A DNA stretch of 63,833 nucleotides, counting the filler, from Sluysia triapertura (Eukaryota): the NCBI GenBank assembly GCA_046118255.1. It is 5 parts of 5 records of this genome, joined end to end, with 100 filler letters (N's around TTAATTAATTAA, not from the genome) between each part and the next. Parts side by side here need not be neighbours in the genome. Positions count along the whole stretch, not along the records: positions 28,268 to 40,659 come from JBJNIA010113531.1; positions 40,760 to 51,564 come from JBJNIA010193249.1; 3 more parts are not named here. One strand, written 5' to 3'. Of the stretch, positions 37,475-51,664 are shown piece after piece. The position numbers and the translations under genes are program-made. Each line of letters opens with the position of its first letter. Positions within the stretch are counted from its first letter, which is position 1. The notes under the pieces were generated by a model. That model ran no database searches. It had not been told where the DNA came from and saw only the letters and a list, made by a program, of their open reading frames with translations.

Positions 37475-38856
37475 ATTATTATTATAAACACAATTAAATT
37501 TACAGTAATCTTTAACTAAATTTTTTTCATAATGTATATTAAAAACATAACTGCCAATTAAAGTTAATTAAATTGTTTTTACTGCTTTGTTGTCGAATTG
37601 TTTCTATTTATAGTATGTTTTATTTATAAATACTAAATTAATTTTTTTTCATCGTGTTTTGACAATTTTTTCTGTTTATATTTTATATTATCATAATTGT
37701 ATTTATTATATATTTAATTTAATACTAAAAATATTTTTAATGCAATCAATTTTAACATGTTGACGGACTAGGGGACTACAGCAGTGATCTTAAATGATGA
37801 TTTGCGAGCCTTATCCGTCAAAATGTTAATATAGTCTTAAATATTAATTCAGAAACATCTAAAGTTATTCTTCTCATGCAGAGTTTTTCATTACATTAAT
37901 GATACATTTTAAACTAACATAAAAATTTCTTGCACAATGACGTAAAATTATCTACAAATAAAATACAAAGCATTAATGGATTAGGTTTTGTTTGATAAAA
38001 TGTTTAAAATTATTTTTATCTTAATTCTAAAATTTCCTCATTAAAAATTCATTAAATTTGATGTTAGTTTACTTGTTTTTAAATTTATTAAGAACTAGGT
38101 GATGCTAAAATAAACAAGTATATGAAACATTGGAAAATTTCAGAATTTATTAACTTACTAAAATATTTTGTTTCATATTTCACTTTTTTTTACTACAAAA
38201 TCTTGCATTCACTCATAGCAAATAGAATGGAAAAGACAGTAGTTAAATAACTTCACAAAATGTGCATTTCAAATAACCCGAAGTAAGTGTACATGTTGTC
38301 CAAAAAGTAATGCACTATTAATAATACAGCTAATATCAACCAAATATTATTTCCGAAATATAATGAACATATTAATATTTTAAAAGTTATGTCTTTCTTT
38401 TATTGCGAGGGATCAAATTATTAATGGAAGCTGATCTTATTTGGCAAGAAATGGTTATATAAACCAGTTATCCTCGGAACACTCATTTAGGAAAATTGGT
38501 TGATATGAGCAGAAACCATGTTTCAGTGTATCTTTTAAAGGTTAGTATTCTGTTATGTAATTTCAAATTTGTAAGTTAGTCGCTTGATATTTTGCGTAAT
38601 GAAAAGATTTTCGTAAGCAACAGTTACACTTTCATTTCTTGTGTAGTATTGTATTTGATAATGAAAATTCTATCTTGAATGTAATTTGCACTCATATTGT
38701 ATACCGAAGAGAGGTATTTTCTAGAATGTATTATGATTGGCTAATGTGAGAAAAATAAAAATTGTGCTTTGTTTACCTTATTGATTTTATGACACATTCA
38801 TTTTTGTCATTAATATTTTTTATAATTTGTAAATAATGTTTGAGTAAAAATCATAA

Positions 38857-39361
38857 CACATTTTGAGCGAGACAGGTATTAGTACCCGTTTCGTGGACTG
38901 TCACGTAAGAGTATTTATATCATTTGAAAAGTATTTTTTAAAAGCGGGGCAATGTACTAGTAACTATTGGCTACCTTGCGCAATATTTAAATAAATACAT
39001 ATATTATTTCATATATGCGGTTTAACATTTTTTAATAAATATAAGTAGTGTATGTGCCGTTTGTATTTAAAAAAGTTTAACTTGTTATATGTACCAGTTT
39101 TGTGATGTTTCTTTAAATATTAGTGTTTAGTTTTAGCGAGAAAGTTTAAAAAATGATGATGATTTTTTTATATTATCTATTAGTTTATAAGTGAAAATAT
39201 ATCAATTTAGGTTTACTTTATATTTAAATAAAAACAACCATATTTACAAACTGACTAACTTTTACTTATAAATTTATTGTTTCCTTGCCAAAATATACAG
39301 CGTTTTGCTTATCTTTCCATTTTTGCCCGCTGCGGACTTTAATTAGGTCTGTCATAATGTG
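38857..39361. mobile_element. piggyBac-type MITE, 505 bp
   Basis: TIRs CACATTTTGA / TCATAATGTG flanked by ATAA and TTAA. Left end shared with 28268-28320. Confidence 0.75.
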
Positions 39362-40587
39362 TTAATAATTTCAGGAGTTATATGTATTTTAATGTAAGAT
39401 TATTTTCACATTAAAAAATGCTAAATTTGGTTTAAAATTAATATGTATTTTAGTACTTAATAAAATTTGAGAAAATATATGATTAAGCGCAATATATGAA
39501 CGTTGAAGTAAAAATGGTGTAAAAAATATTGCACTAAAATACACTACAAACATCACCTGACAAAAATACATATTTGTCTAATTTAGTTAGTGTATTGTTT
39601 CTTTTCAAAGTTGTGTCAATAAAACCAATTTTCATCTAAAATTTGAATAAAAACCACTAAAAATTTTTAAATTGGATAATTTTAAAAAATTCACTATTTG
39701 TTATGAGTAATAATAAGCATTTATTAATCATAAAATTCTATATTTATCGTAAAATATAATACAACCGGGAAGAAGCTCAATCATTTTGCTAAATGTAACT
39801 AAAATTAAAATAAAATTTAATTATTAGATTTATATAATTGAAAACAATTTTAAAAAATTTTATCATTATGTAATAAATAAATTTCGATTATAATTTTCGG
39901 ATAATTGAGTTTCCTTTGTATTTATATACGTTAATTTTGTTTTAAAAATATGATAATTGTTAATTGTTTTTAAGTCGGTTATAAATCCATGTTTACATAA
40001 AATAGAATTTATTTAAGATTTCGCACAAATTTTATTCAAATTTAATTTGTTTGTGTTTTATTATTATTATTATTATTTCAAACGGCGTTTTTATTCTCTA
40101 TGTTTGTATATATAATTCATTTATTATATGCTTTCCATGTTTTAGATTTATTTAATTTTTAAAATAAAATTTAATAGTTATTTTTGTTAATTAATTTGTT
40201 AAATTATTAGTACATTAAAGTAATAATAATAGTCCACCACATGTATAAGTATCAACTGTATACAAATTTTAAAACCAAAGTAAAAATTAGTCTTAAAGAA
40301 TTTAAAAATAATGAGTGTTCGATTTTGTTTATATCTTTATTTCTTCTAACAATACCGAATTTTAAAGGATTCTTATTTTTAACAGAATCTGGGTTAATTT
40401 ACAGTTATGTATTTGATTTTTTACTATTATTTGCATTAATTAATATTTATTAATTAATTATCTTTATTAGCAATTACCGCATTCAACTTCTAAAATGTAA
40501 TACATTTTATAAACTTACAACAGGAAGATCAGAAATTTTGAAAGGATAATTTTGTGAACATTTGAGGCTTTTTAGTATCGTATAGAT

Positions 40588-40659
40588 CAGTGATTCTCAA
40601 CCAATGTGCCGCGGCACTTTTGTGTGCCGCGAAATTCTAAAAATGTGCCGCCGAATTTT
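40588..40659 (+). mobile_element. hAT (Charlie/Buster-like) left terminus
   Basis: CAGTGATTCTCAACC TIR, three TGTGCCGC subterminal repeats, and a preceding GTATAGAT (nnnTAnnn) target. A degenerate right end (AATGTGCCGTGAC...TTATAGAG) lies at about 42480-42517, beyond the gap. Confidence 0.8.
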
Positions 40660-40759
40660 NNNNNNNNNNNNNNNNNNNNNNNNNNNNNNNNNNNNNNNNN
40701 NNNTTAATTAATTAANNNNNNNNNNNNNNNNNNNNNNNNNNNNNNNNNNNNNNNNNNNN
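40660..40759. other. Assembly spacer
   Basis: 44N-TTAATTAATTAA-44N. Confidence 0.98.
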
Positions 40760-41505
40760 GTTAATTTTAATTCTCAAAATAATAAAAATTTATTAATGAT
40801 TTTACGTGAAATCTATTATAAGATTTCGGAAATGATTATAGAATGTTAATTTACGTCTTTTATGCGAGAATATATTCCATATCCAAAACTTAACATCATA
40901 AACTAACGTGTTAAGTAAAAATTTAATTTTTTCTTAGTCCTCAAAAGTTTGGTTCCTTTCTTTTTTGCTTCGAGAAAAATATTTGTAAAAACTGATTAAC
41001 AAGTTTGAATTAACAGAAAATTGTGTTTTATTGTTAAATTTTATGACTATAGTTGATCTAACTAGTCTTGGCCAGATTAAAACAAATTATTTATTTTATT
41101 TATTAAAACAAGATTAATTTTATAAAATATTAAAGCTTATATTTAATTAATAATTTACAATCTAATATAATTATTTTATATTTAATTAATAATTTAAAAT
41201 TTAATATAATTACTCACGTTAGTTTATCCAATTTGAAAATAATTAAATATTATAACAATTAATAAAATAAAAATAAGTAATTACAACAAAATCGTTATTA
41301 ATAAATTATTGATTATTATTATTTAGTCCACAATTAAAGCAATAATAAAATTATAATGAAACAATAATTACTATAATCAATAAACACACACGAAATAAAA
41401 TAATCAATAAATTGTTAATGATTATAAATATAAATTGTTACACACTTTGAATGATGTTAATGATGTGTTTGAATGTTAAATACACACTTGAATGATGTTA
41501 ATGTG

Positions 41506-41509
<4 letters not shown>

Positions 41510-41545
<36 letters not shown>
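41510..41545. repeat. (TA)n microsatellite
   Basis: About 18 units. Confidence 0.95.
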
Positions 41546-41548
<3 letters not shown>

Positions 41549-41898
41549 TAAAGAATCATATCCTGTAAAAATTAATGAATTGCTGACTAAGACTGCATTC
41601 AAAAATTTTCTAATTTGTATATCTTTTTGGCCTACGTGGTTAGCTAAATTATATATACGAACAAAATAATCGAGTTTATAATAAGAATTAACTTTTATAA
41701 TAGCAAATTCAATCAAAAGATCTTTTTAATCGTATTCAAATTATTTGCAAATATAATTTCGCTGATATTAGCGAAAACGTAATTGACAATATTTTCTTTA
41801 ACCTCCGGTGCTACTATTTTCTTTAACGCTGAAATCCATGCATCGGCCCGTGAGCGTGTAAGTCCGGTATCATAGAGGACTCCCGTATGTAAACGCAT
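41546..41898 (-). pseudogene. Unknown coding fragment, frameshifted
   Basis: MRLHTGVLYDTGLTRSRADAWISALKKIVAPEVKE... continues in an overlapping ORF; GC is higher than in the flanks. No family recognised. Confidence 0.35.
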
Positions 41899-42889
41899 AA
41901 ATAAAAATAAAATTAAATATTATTATTTATAAACCAAATTCTCATACACTGTTACTAATTCTTTGAAATAATTTGATGTTTAGAAATTTTAATTTCATAT
42001 TCTTTCTATTGAATCTCATTTTAAAATAATTATTTATACAATTTCACTTTAAATTTGATTGTTTTTTGTTACTAAATTTTGAATTCATATTAACTGTACA
42101 TAATCTTATTTCAAATTGAAATAACGTTATAATCTCAGTAATTTTCTGAGCATTATTTTTAATAATATTTTAATATTATTTTAGAATTAAAATACTCATG
42201 AATAATAATTATTTTAACAATATTTTTGTAATAAAAATGAGTATTATTGTTAAGATCTGACCATTATTTTATAAAATAAGTATTACGAAATATTATATTA
42301 CAATAATAATAATAGTAATAATAATAATGATAATAATAATAATAATCATAATAATTATAAGATTGATTATGCATTTGTTAACTTATTAAAAATTGATAAT
42401 TAAATTAAACAATTAAAAAATTGAAATTCTTTTAAATTTATCTTACTGTTAATGTACGCCAAATATTTTTTGTTACTAAAAATGTGCCGTGACAATGAAA
42501 TCATTAAAATTATAGAGGAGTTGAACAAATACTTATTTTTCTTGTACGGTAAACAGTGGATGAACTCCGTCTATGAATGTCGGATAAAACATCTCATTTA
42601 TCTAATAGCTACATGAATTCCTAAAATTTTCTATCTGCGAAATCACCATCTATTTGTAATGATTGAAGGAGACTGCCCTTTGGTCGAAAGCGCCATTTCC
42701 ATTTTTCACTAAGTCGTGTTAGTTATCAAGTTGCAGCTTGTGGCCAGTCTTTATACTTATTTAATTCTGTCAGATGCCACAAACATTGTCCTATCAATTG
42801 TACCTTTGGCGTGTTATAATCGTCGATCATATCCTGGAACAAACCATTTCATCTTCCTGCTGAATTTTTCTATGTAATAATTTAATTTA

Positions 42890-43140
42890 TCCTAGCAAAA
42901 TATCTACAGGTAAGTTCGTCTAATATGCACGACTTAAACCTATGAAGATGGCGTCCTATTAGAATTTTAAAATCAGTCATGTGTTTGTTTAACTAAATAA
43001 TTCGTAATATTTTTACGCCATCTACTATGTCGGATATGCAACATAGTTAAATAAGAAATTACACTTTCCTGCGGTCTAGCAGGTAACAAAATAAAAATTG
43101 AGCTAGACTTTTTACGGTCTATCAAACAATAACTATGTTT
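42890..43140 (-). repeat. Dispersed repeat, inverted copy of 30440-30640
   Basis: See partner copy. Confidence 0.85.
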
Positions 43141-43234
43141 TTCTCGAAAGAAAATAAATATTAATACCTATTAAATTTTTATTAATAGGAAAGAGAACTT
43201 AATTTATGCAAAGCAATTAAGATACAACAAATTG

Positions 43235-43292
<58 letters not shown>
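43235..43292. repeat. (AAT)n microsatellite
   Basis: About 18 units. Confidence 0.95.
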
Positions 43293-43293
<1 letters not shown>

Positions 43294-43714
43294 TAAGGTA
43301 TATTTGTATATATTTGTGTATTCATTTATGAATAACTTATAATATTTTATAAAATATAGTATTAATAATGTATTAATTATATTAATTAGAAAAAATAATC
43401 TTTTAAATGTAATTATTCTTATCAACCTTAAATATTCTGATAAATCAATTTTAAAAAGTAATCTGACATTTTATTTATAAACAAATCATTTATGCATAAA
43501 TTTTTAATTCATTTATTTTAATGGCAATAAACAAATTATTTTAAAAAATCATTTTTATTTATAACACTATTTATTTTGAATAATCGGAAAAATAAAAGAA
43601 ATTCAATTCATATTTAAACGAAAACTTATTTTTAACGACTCAAAAAAATCTCAACAAGCAACAAAATCTATCTTGTCTTTGGAAAACATTATTTCAAGAC
43701 ATTCTGAAATTGAT

Positions 43715-43830
43715 TATTTGATTTGACTTGCAATCTTTGAATTGGAAATTCTATTTGCCTCGCGATTTTTTGATTGGAATTCAATTTGACGCACAATTCT
43801 TTGCTTGGAAATTCAATTAATTGCAATTGA
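43715..43830. repeat. Degenerate tandem repeat, about 31-bp unit
   Basis: TTGGAAATTC(A/T)ATTTG...ATTxTTTG recurring 3-4 times. Confidence 0.65.
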
Positions 43831-45392
43831 TCTAATTTAATGTCCACGTAAGTTTTGTTTGAATAAGTTTATCTATTATATTAGATTTAAAATCTACTTA
43901 AATTATTTCTACATTTTTACGCCCAAGAATTACTCCTGGGTTAAACTACATTTTTAAAATCCGTACATTGTATTTAAATATCTAATTTATATACATCTAA
44001 TATTTATCACGTATTACATTTTTATATTTATTCCATTAGTAAAGTCTTCTATAGTTATTTTTATTTAATATTTTAATAAACCAGCATTAAGATAAGACAT
44101 TTTGACGTAAGTTGGATTTATAATATTAAAATAGCTTGTTAAAGATAGTTTTCGTACAATTTAGATTTAAGCATTGTTAAGCGCGTCTTCGTAGCATAAG
44201 AGGAATTCGGAATGCGTTACGTACATAAGAATTTCTTTTTATAACAGAAAAATCGTGCAACAACGTCTTCTACGTATTTAAATCGTTGACTTAAAGCGAA
44301 CCCATTAATTAAAATTTATATTTGTTAGAGTATAATTTTTTAGATAAGATAAAATACCATCAATAGTAATAAGAATTTAGTAATATTCAGAAAATTTTGA
44401 TATTGAAATATATATTAAAAATTAAAATAATATTTTGAGTAAAATTTTAGGTCCTTTTTTAAAGTAAGGACTGTAGACCTATGAAACAAACTTACATTCA
44501 TGGATTTTATGAATATTGTTCAGACGTTGTACAAAAATATTGTCCAATTTTCTTGTAAATTTCGCTATTTATAGGAAATTAAGTTAGGCCTCCCCAATAA
44601 ATCCGTAATGTTTATTTTTTATTTATTAAAACAACATTTAAATTTAAATATTTTATGTTCTTTGTTTTTCAACTTTTATGTTAACTTAATTCTTATAATA
44701 ATAATATTTAAATCAAAGTCATGAAAATTGTTTTTTTTAACTTTTTAAACTCAACATTTCTAATCATCGGATTATTGGATATTAAAGGTTTTCTTGTGAT
44801 TCGCAATTTTTTTCCGATGCAACGTTTTCAATTATTGAGATTTATTCCGCAACTTTTCCTTCACTTATTCATCGATAGACTCCAATAACAACGAGCTGTA
44901 AATCTCTATAAAAGCAACCTGTTTAGTGTATATTTCCTCCTCTTTATTCACACTGGAACTGTACAGTCGCTAAATAATTGATTCAAGTGAAATAATGTTA
45001 CATGTTGAAGCTTTCTGATGAATGAAGAAGAATAATGATTGAAGAAGACAATTTATTTGTGTACAAATAAAACATTGAACATATTAATACATATTATGAA
45101 ATTATTATTAGTAGTGAGATCTTTCCATGGAGATGTCATTTGGGCAGGTGAATCGAAACCAAAAATTCTTTGTTTCACATGCAATAAGACTGTTTCAATA
45201 ATACTCGCAACATTAACACTATTCATTCAATCACGTATCATTAAATTTCTACATTCCATCTCACTTGTATCATTACTAATATCCTTAACATTTGTACCAC
45301 ACATAATATCTCCACTAAATTATAATTTTCGCATTATTTCGCATTGAATTATTCAAGAGTCAATACAACGATTTACTGTAGGATTACATATA

Positions 45393-45746
45393 ATGATATT
45401 AATTATGGCAATAGGAGTATTGATAATGTTAGGGTTTATTTTGTTTTATAATTGTAGTTTTAAAAATAGATTCGAAAGGTATATAGATTCGGATTACACG
45501 GGGCAGTGTAATCCGGCATATGTATTTACAGTACCAGCTACAAAATTTTCTACATTTAATAGCATTGATCAGGAATTATTGTGGTTAGATGAGTTTGCGA
45601 AGACTGTTGAGGATCATGATGGTATTTATGCAAATTGTGGTGTGTTTGTAAAAAATAACTCTCATTGGAATCTTATGTTTAATTTGACGTTGATAATATT
45701 TTTTTGTAAAAGGACTACTATACAATTTATACTTTATAACTTATGA
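45393..45746 (+). CDS. Hypothetical 117-aa protein with hydrophobic N- and C-termini
   Basis: ATG-initiated ORF with a signal-anchor-like N-terminus and a polar middle. No family recognised. Confidence 0.3.
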   Translation: MILIMAIGVLIMLGFILFYNCSFKNRFERYIDSDYTGQCNPAYVFTVPATKFSTFNSIDQELLWLDEFAKTVEDHDGIYANCGVFVKNNSHWNLMFNLTLIIFFCKRTTIQFILYNL

Positions 45747-48339
45747 TTTATAATTTATAGTGTATAATCTATAGTTTCTAGCTTTTGATCTACTACTTAA
45801 TTTACAATTTGCAATTTATGGTTTGTAATTTATAGAATTCTAATTCATGATTTATTGTATATAATTTATAATTTTTAGTTTGATTTTTTATTTTATAACA
45901 GGGTGAACAACATTAATAGTGAATGTATTAAAACACTTGTTTCATTTATATAATTTTGAGACGTATATTGCTATATAAATTGAAATATAAAATCTTTAAT
46001 TTAATTATTTTATTATATTGTGCTTTGTGTCTTGTACTTTTGTCAAATTTGTTGTTTTTTTTAATGAAGGAAGTAATAAATTATGTTAAGTAAGGTGTTC
46101 AAGTTCGTGTATGGCTAGATAATATTGAAAATGATATTAATCAAGGTGTTGAGCATAGGGCAGCTCGGGAAGGAAAATATACAATAGTGCCGCGTAGAGT
46201 TCGAATAAGTGTTACTGGCGTGGGTGATTATACTTTAGGTAGTTAAGCTCATGATACCATTTTTGGGTATAACGTTTTTGAAATGAGTTAAAAGTTGACA
46301 ACGTTCTTTTACTTAATGTGAGAGCGTTTTGGGACATAGAAGGCATTAAGTGTTTGAAATTTGAAGATGGGAAATTAATATGAAAGTCTAAGTATTGTTA
46401 TTAAAAGAAGTTTTATACTAGATGATGAATAAAGGTAAACTATGATGATGTATTTTTATATTTGTTTGCATAATTCTAATTGTAGTATTAAATTGTTATT
46501 CGAGTATTTTAAGAGACATGGGTTTGTTCTTCACAAAACTCATTATCTCCAGATAATTGTTGGGCAGTCTAAAGTCGGAAATTCATTGGAAATTATTATT
46601 GAAATTTCATCTTAGTAATTGGTTGGCATAAAACCGATTCTAAGAAAATAATATGTGTAGTAGACATGAAAAATAATTAAATTGAATGCCGGACTATCTG
46701 ACAATTATCTAGATACTATATAAAGAGCTAACTTTTGTAAAAAAATCACAAAAAAAGGAAAACGATAACAGTAACAAGCGACAAAATAGTCAAAAGCCAA
46801 AGATTAGAACTATTGAAACAACTTCTTGCTCTAAGGACGCTGGATTCAATTGAGTTGTGGATAACACTCATTGAATCTTTTTCTTCAGTAATAATGCTAA
46901 AATAAGACAAGTTTACGTAGTTAGTAGAGAGCTAGGACTCATTTTATTTTTTTATTATTTTATATTTTATTTGTGGTAACATCATTTATGTTGTGTAACC
47001 CCTGCGATTTTTAAAAGTTGGACAATAATTTATTAAAGAATTTGATTTAAAGAATTAAAAAGTTTTATCTAGAGAACTATAATTGTAACATAAAAAGGTT
47101 GATTTATAGAATTATTTATGTCATAAAAGATTTGATTTTGTAATTGTTATATAAGAATATATCGATATTCAGTTTTATTTGATTTTTAGTTATTACAGAG
47201 AGATATTAGTAAACAAAACAGATAAACACAACACATCTCATGACTTCACAACATATCATTCAAATTATTAAATACAGATAACAGGATCATGGGCTCAAAT
47301 TTTTATACAAAGTTTTCATTCGTGTTGATTATTTTTATATTAGTGTACTCTCAGGATATTCCGACTTCAGTTATTTAATTTTATTTTTATATAGTTATTT
47401 ATGCTGTACTTTTCTTACTTAGACTTACGAATAAAGTAAAATATTTTCTTATGGTGAGTCAACCAACGTACTAGGCTTACTAGTTAGGACTAGCCGTTAG
47501 GTTTAAATGAAAAAACTTTGTACGGAAGTTAAAATTTTATTTGCTTGCACTCTATGGCTTAATTAATTTATCTTGTCACTAATTTTCCTATGAACGTTAA
47601 TTATCAGTTTGGGGTAAATCCTATGGAAAAGGATTCGCATTAAATCTAGATTTTACGTGTCCGAATAAAATTCGTGGAAAACTTTTATGTGCTGTATAAT
47701 TTATTATTTGAAAGTATAGAAGTTACAACGATTCGTTAAATGTATCTTTTTAAAATTAAAATGCAATTACGTATTTTTCGGAGATACGTAAATATATCTA
47801 TATCTTATAGAAATAAACAAACCTTTACATAACATTGTCTTTTATCGTTCGTAAAACAATGAAAATTTTTGTTCAGTTATTATATTTAGTTATTGTGAAA
47901 ATTGTAAAACATTTTAGTATATTTATAACGATTTTTTTGACCTTGAACGATTATCAACAATATTTATTTATTTAACCAATAAATTACGTTATAAAATATT
48001 CTTAAAATATTTTAAAATTAAACAAACTAACATAATATTATTTTCAAAATAGTAACAAAATTAAATCAATATTTAATCAATATAAATCAATATTTATAAA
48101 GACATAGATAATTATAGTGCGTAAAAACAAAACATAAATAATTATTATGAAAATATAATTACTATGAAAACCAACAACAGTTACATTTAATTAACAATTT
48201 TAAAGTACAATTTAGTAGAGTTAATTGTTGCCCCAATTGGTAAATTTAACCTTAAGTCCGATTTTCGTTATAAGTTAAACATTTTCAACTCATTTGTCTT
48301 CTCTAATATAACATAATTAATATTAATTTACGGCCACAA

Positions 48340-48850
48340 TAATCAAAAGAGTTGGATTTTCTGAAGCAGTTGCACATCATTTGAATGTATTGGAAGTTGT
48401 AATGTATTCTTTTAGTCAAACAGATGTAAGAGACATCACGAGGTAGAGATGTTTATATTATTGAAACGGATAGTAAAATTATTAATTTTCGTATGCTCGA
48501 CAATCACAGTTGCAATGCCATATTTATCTTATCGTAAACAGTTTGAAATGTATAAATGTGGATCCTAAAAAGAAGTCTCATCAGACTGAAGTTGGAGATG
48601 TCGGTAGAAAAATTGCTGTTATTTTGGACGATATCATTGATGATGTATACCAGTTTGTAACGACTGCTGATCTGTTACGTGAAAGAGGCGCTATTAATGG
48701 CTACTTACGATCTTCCGAATTCGGATTCACTCGAAAGCTCGATGAAACTTCAATAGACGAAAGCTACAAAAGATGTAGTGTCACAAAGTTAAAACCGTGA
48801 TGTATCGATTTTATTACTGAAACTCCTCGGCAAATGCATGTATTATTTGT
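48340..48850 (+). pseudogene. PRPP synthetase-associated protein (PRPSAP1/2-like) pseudogene compressed by deletions
   Basis: In order: FSEAVAHHL, RGRDVYIIETDSK, LLIFV, PKKKSHQTEVGDVGRKIAVILDDIIDDVYQFVTTADLLRERGA (the PRPSAP-type DDIIDDV, not the PRPS-type DDMADT), LDETSIDE, ITETPRQMH. Large internal segments are missing. Confidence 0.85.
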
Positions 48851-50949
48851 TGGTGGATATTCCAAAAGATGATTACACAGAGAAGCAGGAAATTATTAGT
48901 TGAATTAACTGCATTTTTAAGTATTAGAAGGCTAAAAATTATAAAACTTTTGGTAAAATTCAATTTTATAAAAGTTATTATTGTAGCTACTAAATTCTTT
49001 GATATATTTGATTTAGCAGAATCAGTACTCTTTTCATAATTATTTCAGAGCAATTTGTCGTTGCTTTTTGCTGTATTTTCATCGATTTCGCTTTTCTAGG
49101 TATTAATTTTTTGTATTATCGCAATGGATTCTGTCATTCAAATCCATCTTTGTGATATTGTAATCCAAATTTGATAATAAATTTTTATTAAAAATTAAAA
49201 TATGATTAAATTAGTGACTACGATTAAAATATTACTGCAACTTCTATGTAAAGTACAACTCTTAAAATAATGAGATCATGTCACGTGCTCCATAAAGTAT
49301 TGATAATTTTTAATAATTTAATAAAATTTAATGAAACTACTTACATTAATCTGGCACTTGTATCACCACTTTTGGTGGCAGCTACAATAATAGCATAAAT
49401 CAAACAACGATAAACAAAGTAAAAGTAGATCTAAAATTGAAAAATCCAAATGAGCACATTACAATAATGTTTTGAAAAGTTTCAAATATCCCCAATCCAC
49501 CACAAAAGCAGATATTAAATGTTGTAACAATACTGAAATTAGAAAACCAAAGTAGATGCTTCATGTCAGACAACTATCGATTTGAAAAATTGAATTGAAA
49601 TTAAAAAATTCAAATGATATTGACTAAGAAGAATAATCCTTAGATAATTATCAAATCTGACAAGAATTGTCAAACTCGAAGAGGATTGTTAATTAAAATA
49701 TGTAATTTTTAATGTATCCATAGTCCTTATATAGTCTATTGAAATTTACTGCTACTTTGTTATGGCTTTTATATTTGTTAATATCTCTTATGCGAGTTCT
49801 CCATGACACTGGGCTTTCTCACTAAAAGGGCGATCGCATAGATGGCAGCGTCGGAAGAACAATATGGATAATGTTGGAGGTCACTAATCAGTGTATTGTC
49901 TACAATACAATTATAATTTTATTTTTGATCTAAATTGATCCTTTTGCGTACTTACTTAAAGGTGAGATAGTAATTAACTATTCCAAAAGAATTACAAATT
50001 GCAACAATAAATATTTATTAAACAAAAATGAAAAAATATTTAAATGGTTAATACACAATGCAATACACTTAACGATAAAATAATGTTTTTACGAATGTAA
50101 TTAGAGAATATAAATAATCACAAAATATATTTAATGCATAGTAATAAGTATATCTGGATAATTTGATATTATTTTCTTCGATTAATATTTCAAACAAAAA
50201 ATTAACAATGCACATATTATATTGTAACATATTTTACTGCAATTTATGATTTTATTATCTTTATAAAATGAATAAATCTTAATTTCATAAAACTAACGAT
50301 TGTTATAAAAATTTCGTAATCCAATAGGTTTAGTACATAAATTTGAGAAACTTATTTTTCAATAAAATATTCTTACGAGAGTTATCTTCTATAAAATTTA
50401 ATAATTCTTCTTTAACTATTACTTATTAAGTTTATGAACTTGTGTTCTAGTATTTATATTGTTTATAATCGTTTACAATTCTATTTATGACAATAATACA
50501 ATAATTTCAGTTTTTTAATATTTTGTAAACAATAATTTTAATTTTATTTATTAAAAGGTTAATTCAATTAATTTAACATTTTAAATAATTTTTCATTTTA
50601 ATTTAGCAATTTATTTTATTAAAATTTTTATTTTCAAAATGAGTAAATTTTTACGTTTCAATTATAATTTCTAAAATACATTTACAATACTAAAATACGT
50701 TTACAAGTCAATTACTTGACCTTGACTATTCAATAGATATTAACAAAATGAAAATGTACAATAATAATTATTATAATATACATTAATAATATTCTAACAC
50801 TGTACAAATAAATTTATTTCCTTTTTAATTTCAATATTAATATCTATTATTAATTTATAAAATTCTATTTTATACCTCTACCTATTCATGTTAATTATTA
50901 CTATACTAGATTTATTTTTAATACCAATAACAATGATTTTAGATACTTT

Positions 50950-51496
50950 ATATGTCTACTAAAGGAATAATAAAAGTAATAATAAAACAGGTATCTAACA
51001 ACATAGGATTTATCAATGGTATACTGCACTTAATCTCACATAGAAACGTAAAAATTTGCAATTAATAATTAATGAAGAGCAAGACCAATTTTCCAAGTAG
51101 GTAAACTATCTCATCTTAAAGAATTCATTGGTCGGCAATAAATGCAAGAGTAGAATTTAAAAACATGACAATAATTTACAAATTTTGCATTATGGAAGTC
51201 CTGAATATCTCTTAGAAATAATGAAAAAATTGGAAACTAAGATGAAAATTTCATTGAGACACAATCTACGCAAAGTCCACAGTGATAATAAGCTAGGTAA
51301 TGGGTCAGATATCGTTTATGTTTCAAAAATATACAACAACCTACCAGAAAATATCAAATTATTGGAAGATTATGAAATATTTAAGAAAAAGGAAAATTCC
51401 TTTTTGTTTCAGAAATATTATGAATGCTTTATTTTAAGTGCTTCTGAGTACTTATTTTGTAGTAGATATGAGCGCAATATATTATTAATATTATTA

Positions 51497-51564
<68 letters not shown>
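50950..51564 (+). mobile_element. L2/CR1-group LINE 3' fragment with (TTA)n tail
   Basis: IHWSAINARVEFKNMTIIYKILHYGSPEYL matches LHWLPVxxRIxFKxxxxxYKxLHGxAPxYL; also RHNLR and IYNNLPENIK...FKKK. Followed by a microsatellite tail at 51498-51564. Confidence 0.85.
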
Positions 51565-51664
51565 NNNNNNNNNNNNNNNNNNNNNNNNNNNNNNNNNNNN
51601 NNNNNNNNTTAATTAATTAANNNNNNNNNNNNNNNNNNNNNNNNNNNNNNNNNNNNNNNNNNNN
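51565..51664. other. Assembly spacer
   Basis: 44N-TTAATTAATTAA-44N. Confidence 0.98.

Noticed and set aside
43204-43425. Poly-Tyr ORFs (also the tail of 51185-51616 and IYIY in 41498-41716)
   Set aside because: Translations of microsatellites.
46060-46450. Possible further Gypsy pol remnant (SVLGHR..RW)
   Set aside because: Similarity too faint to support.
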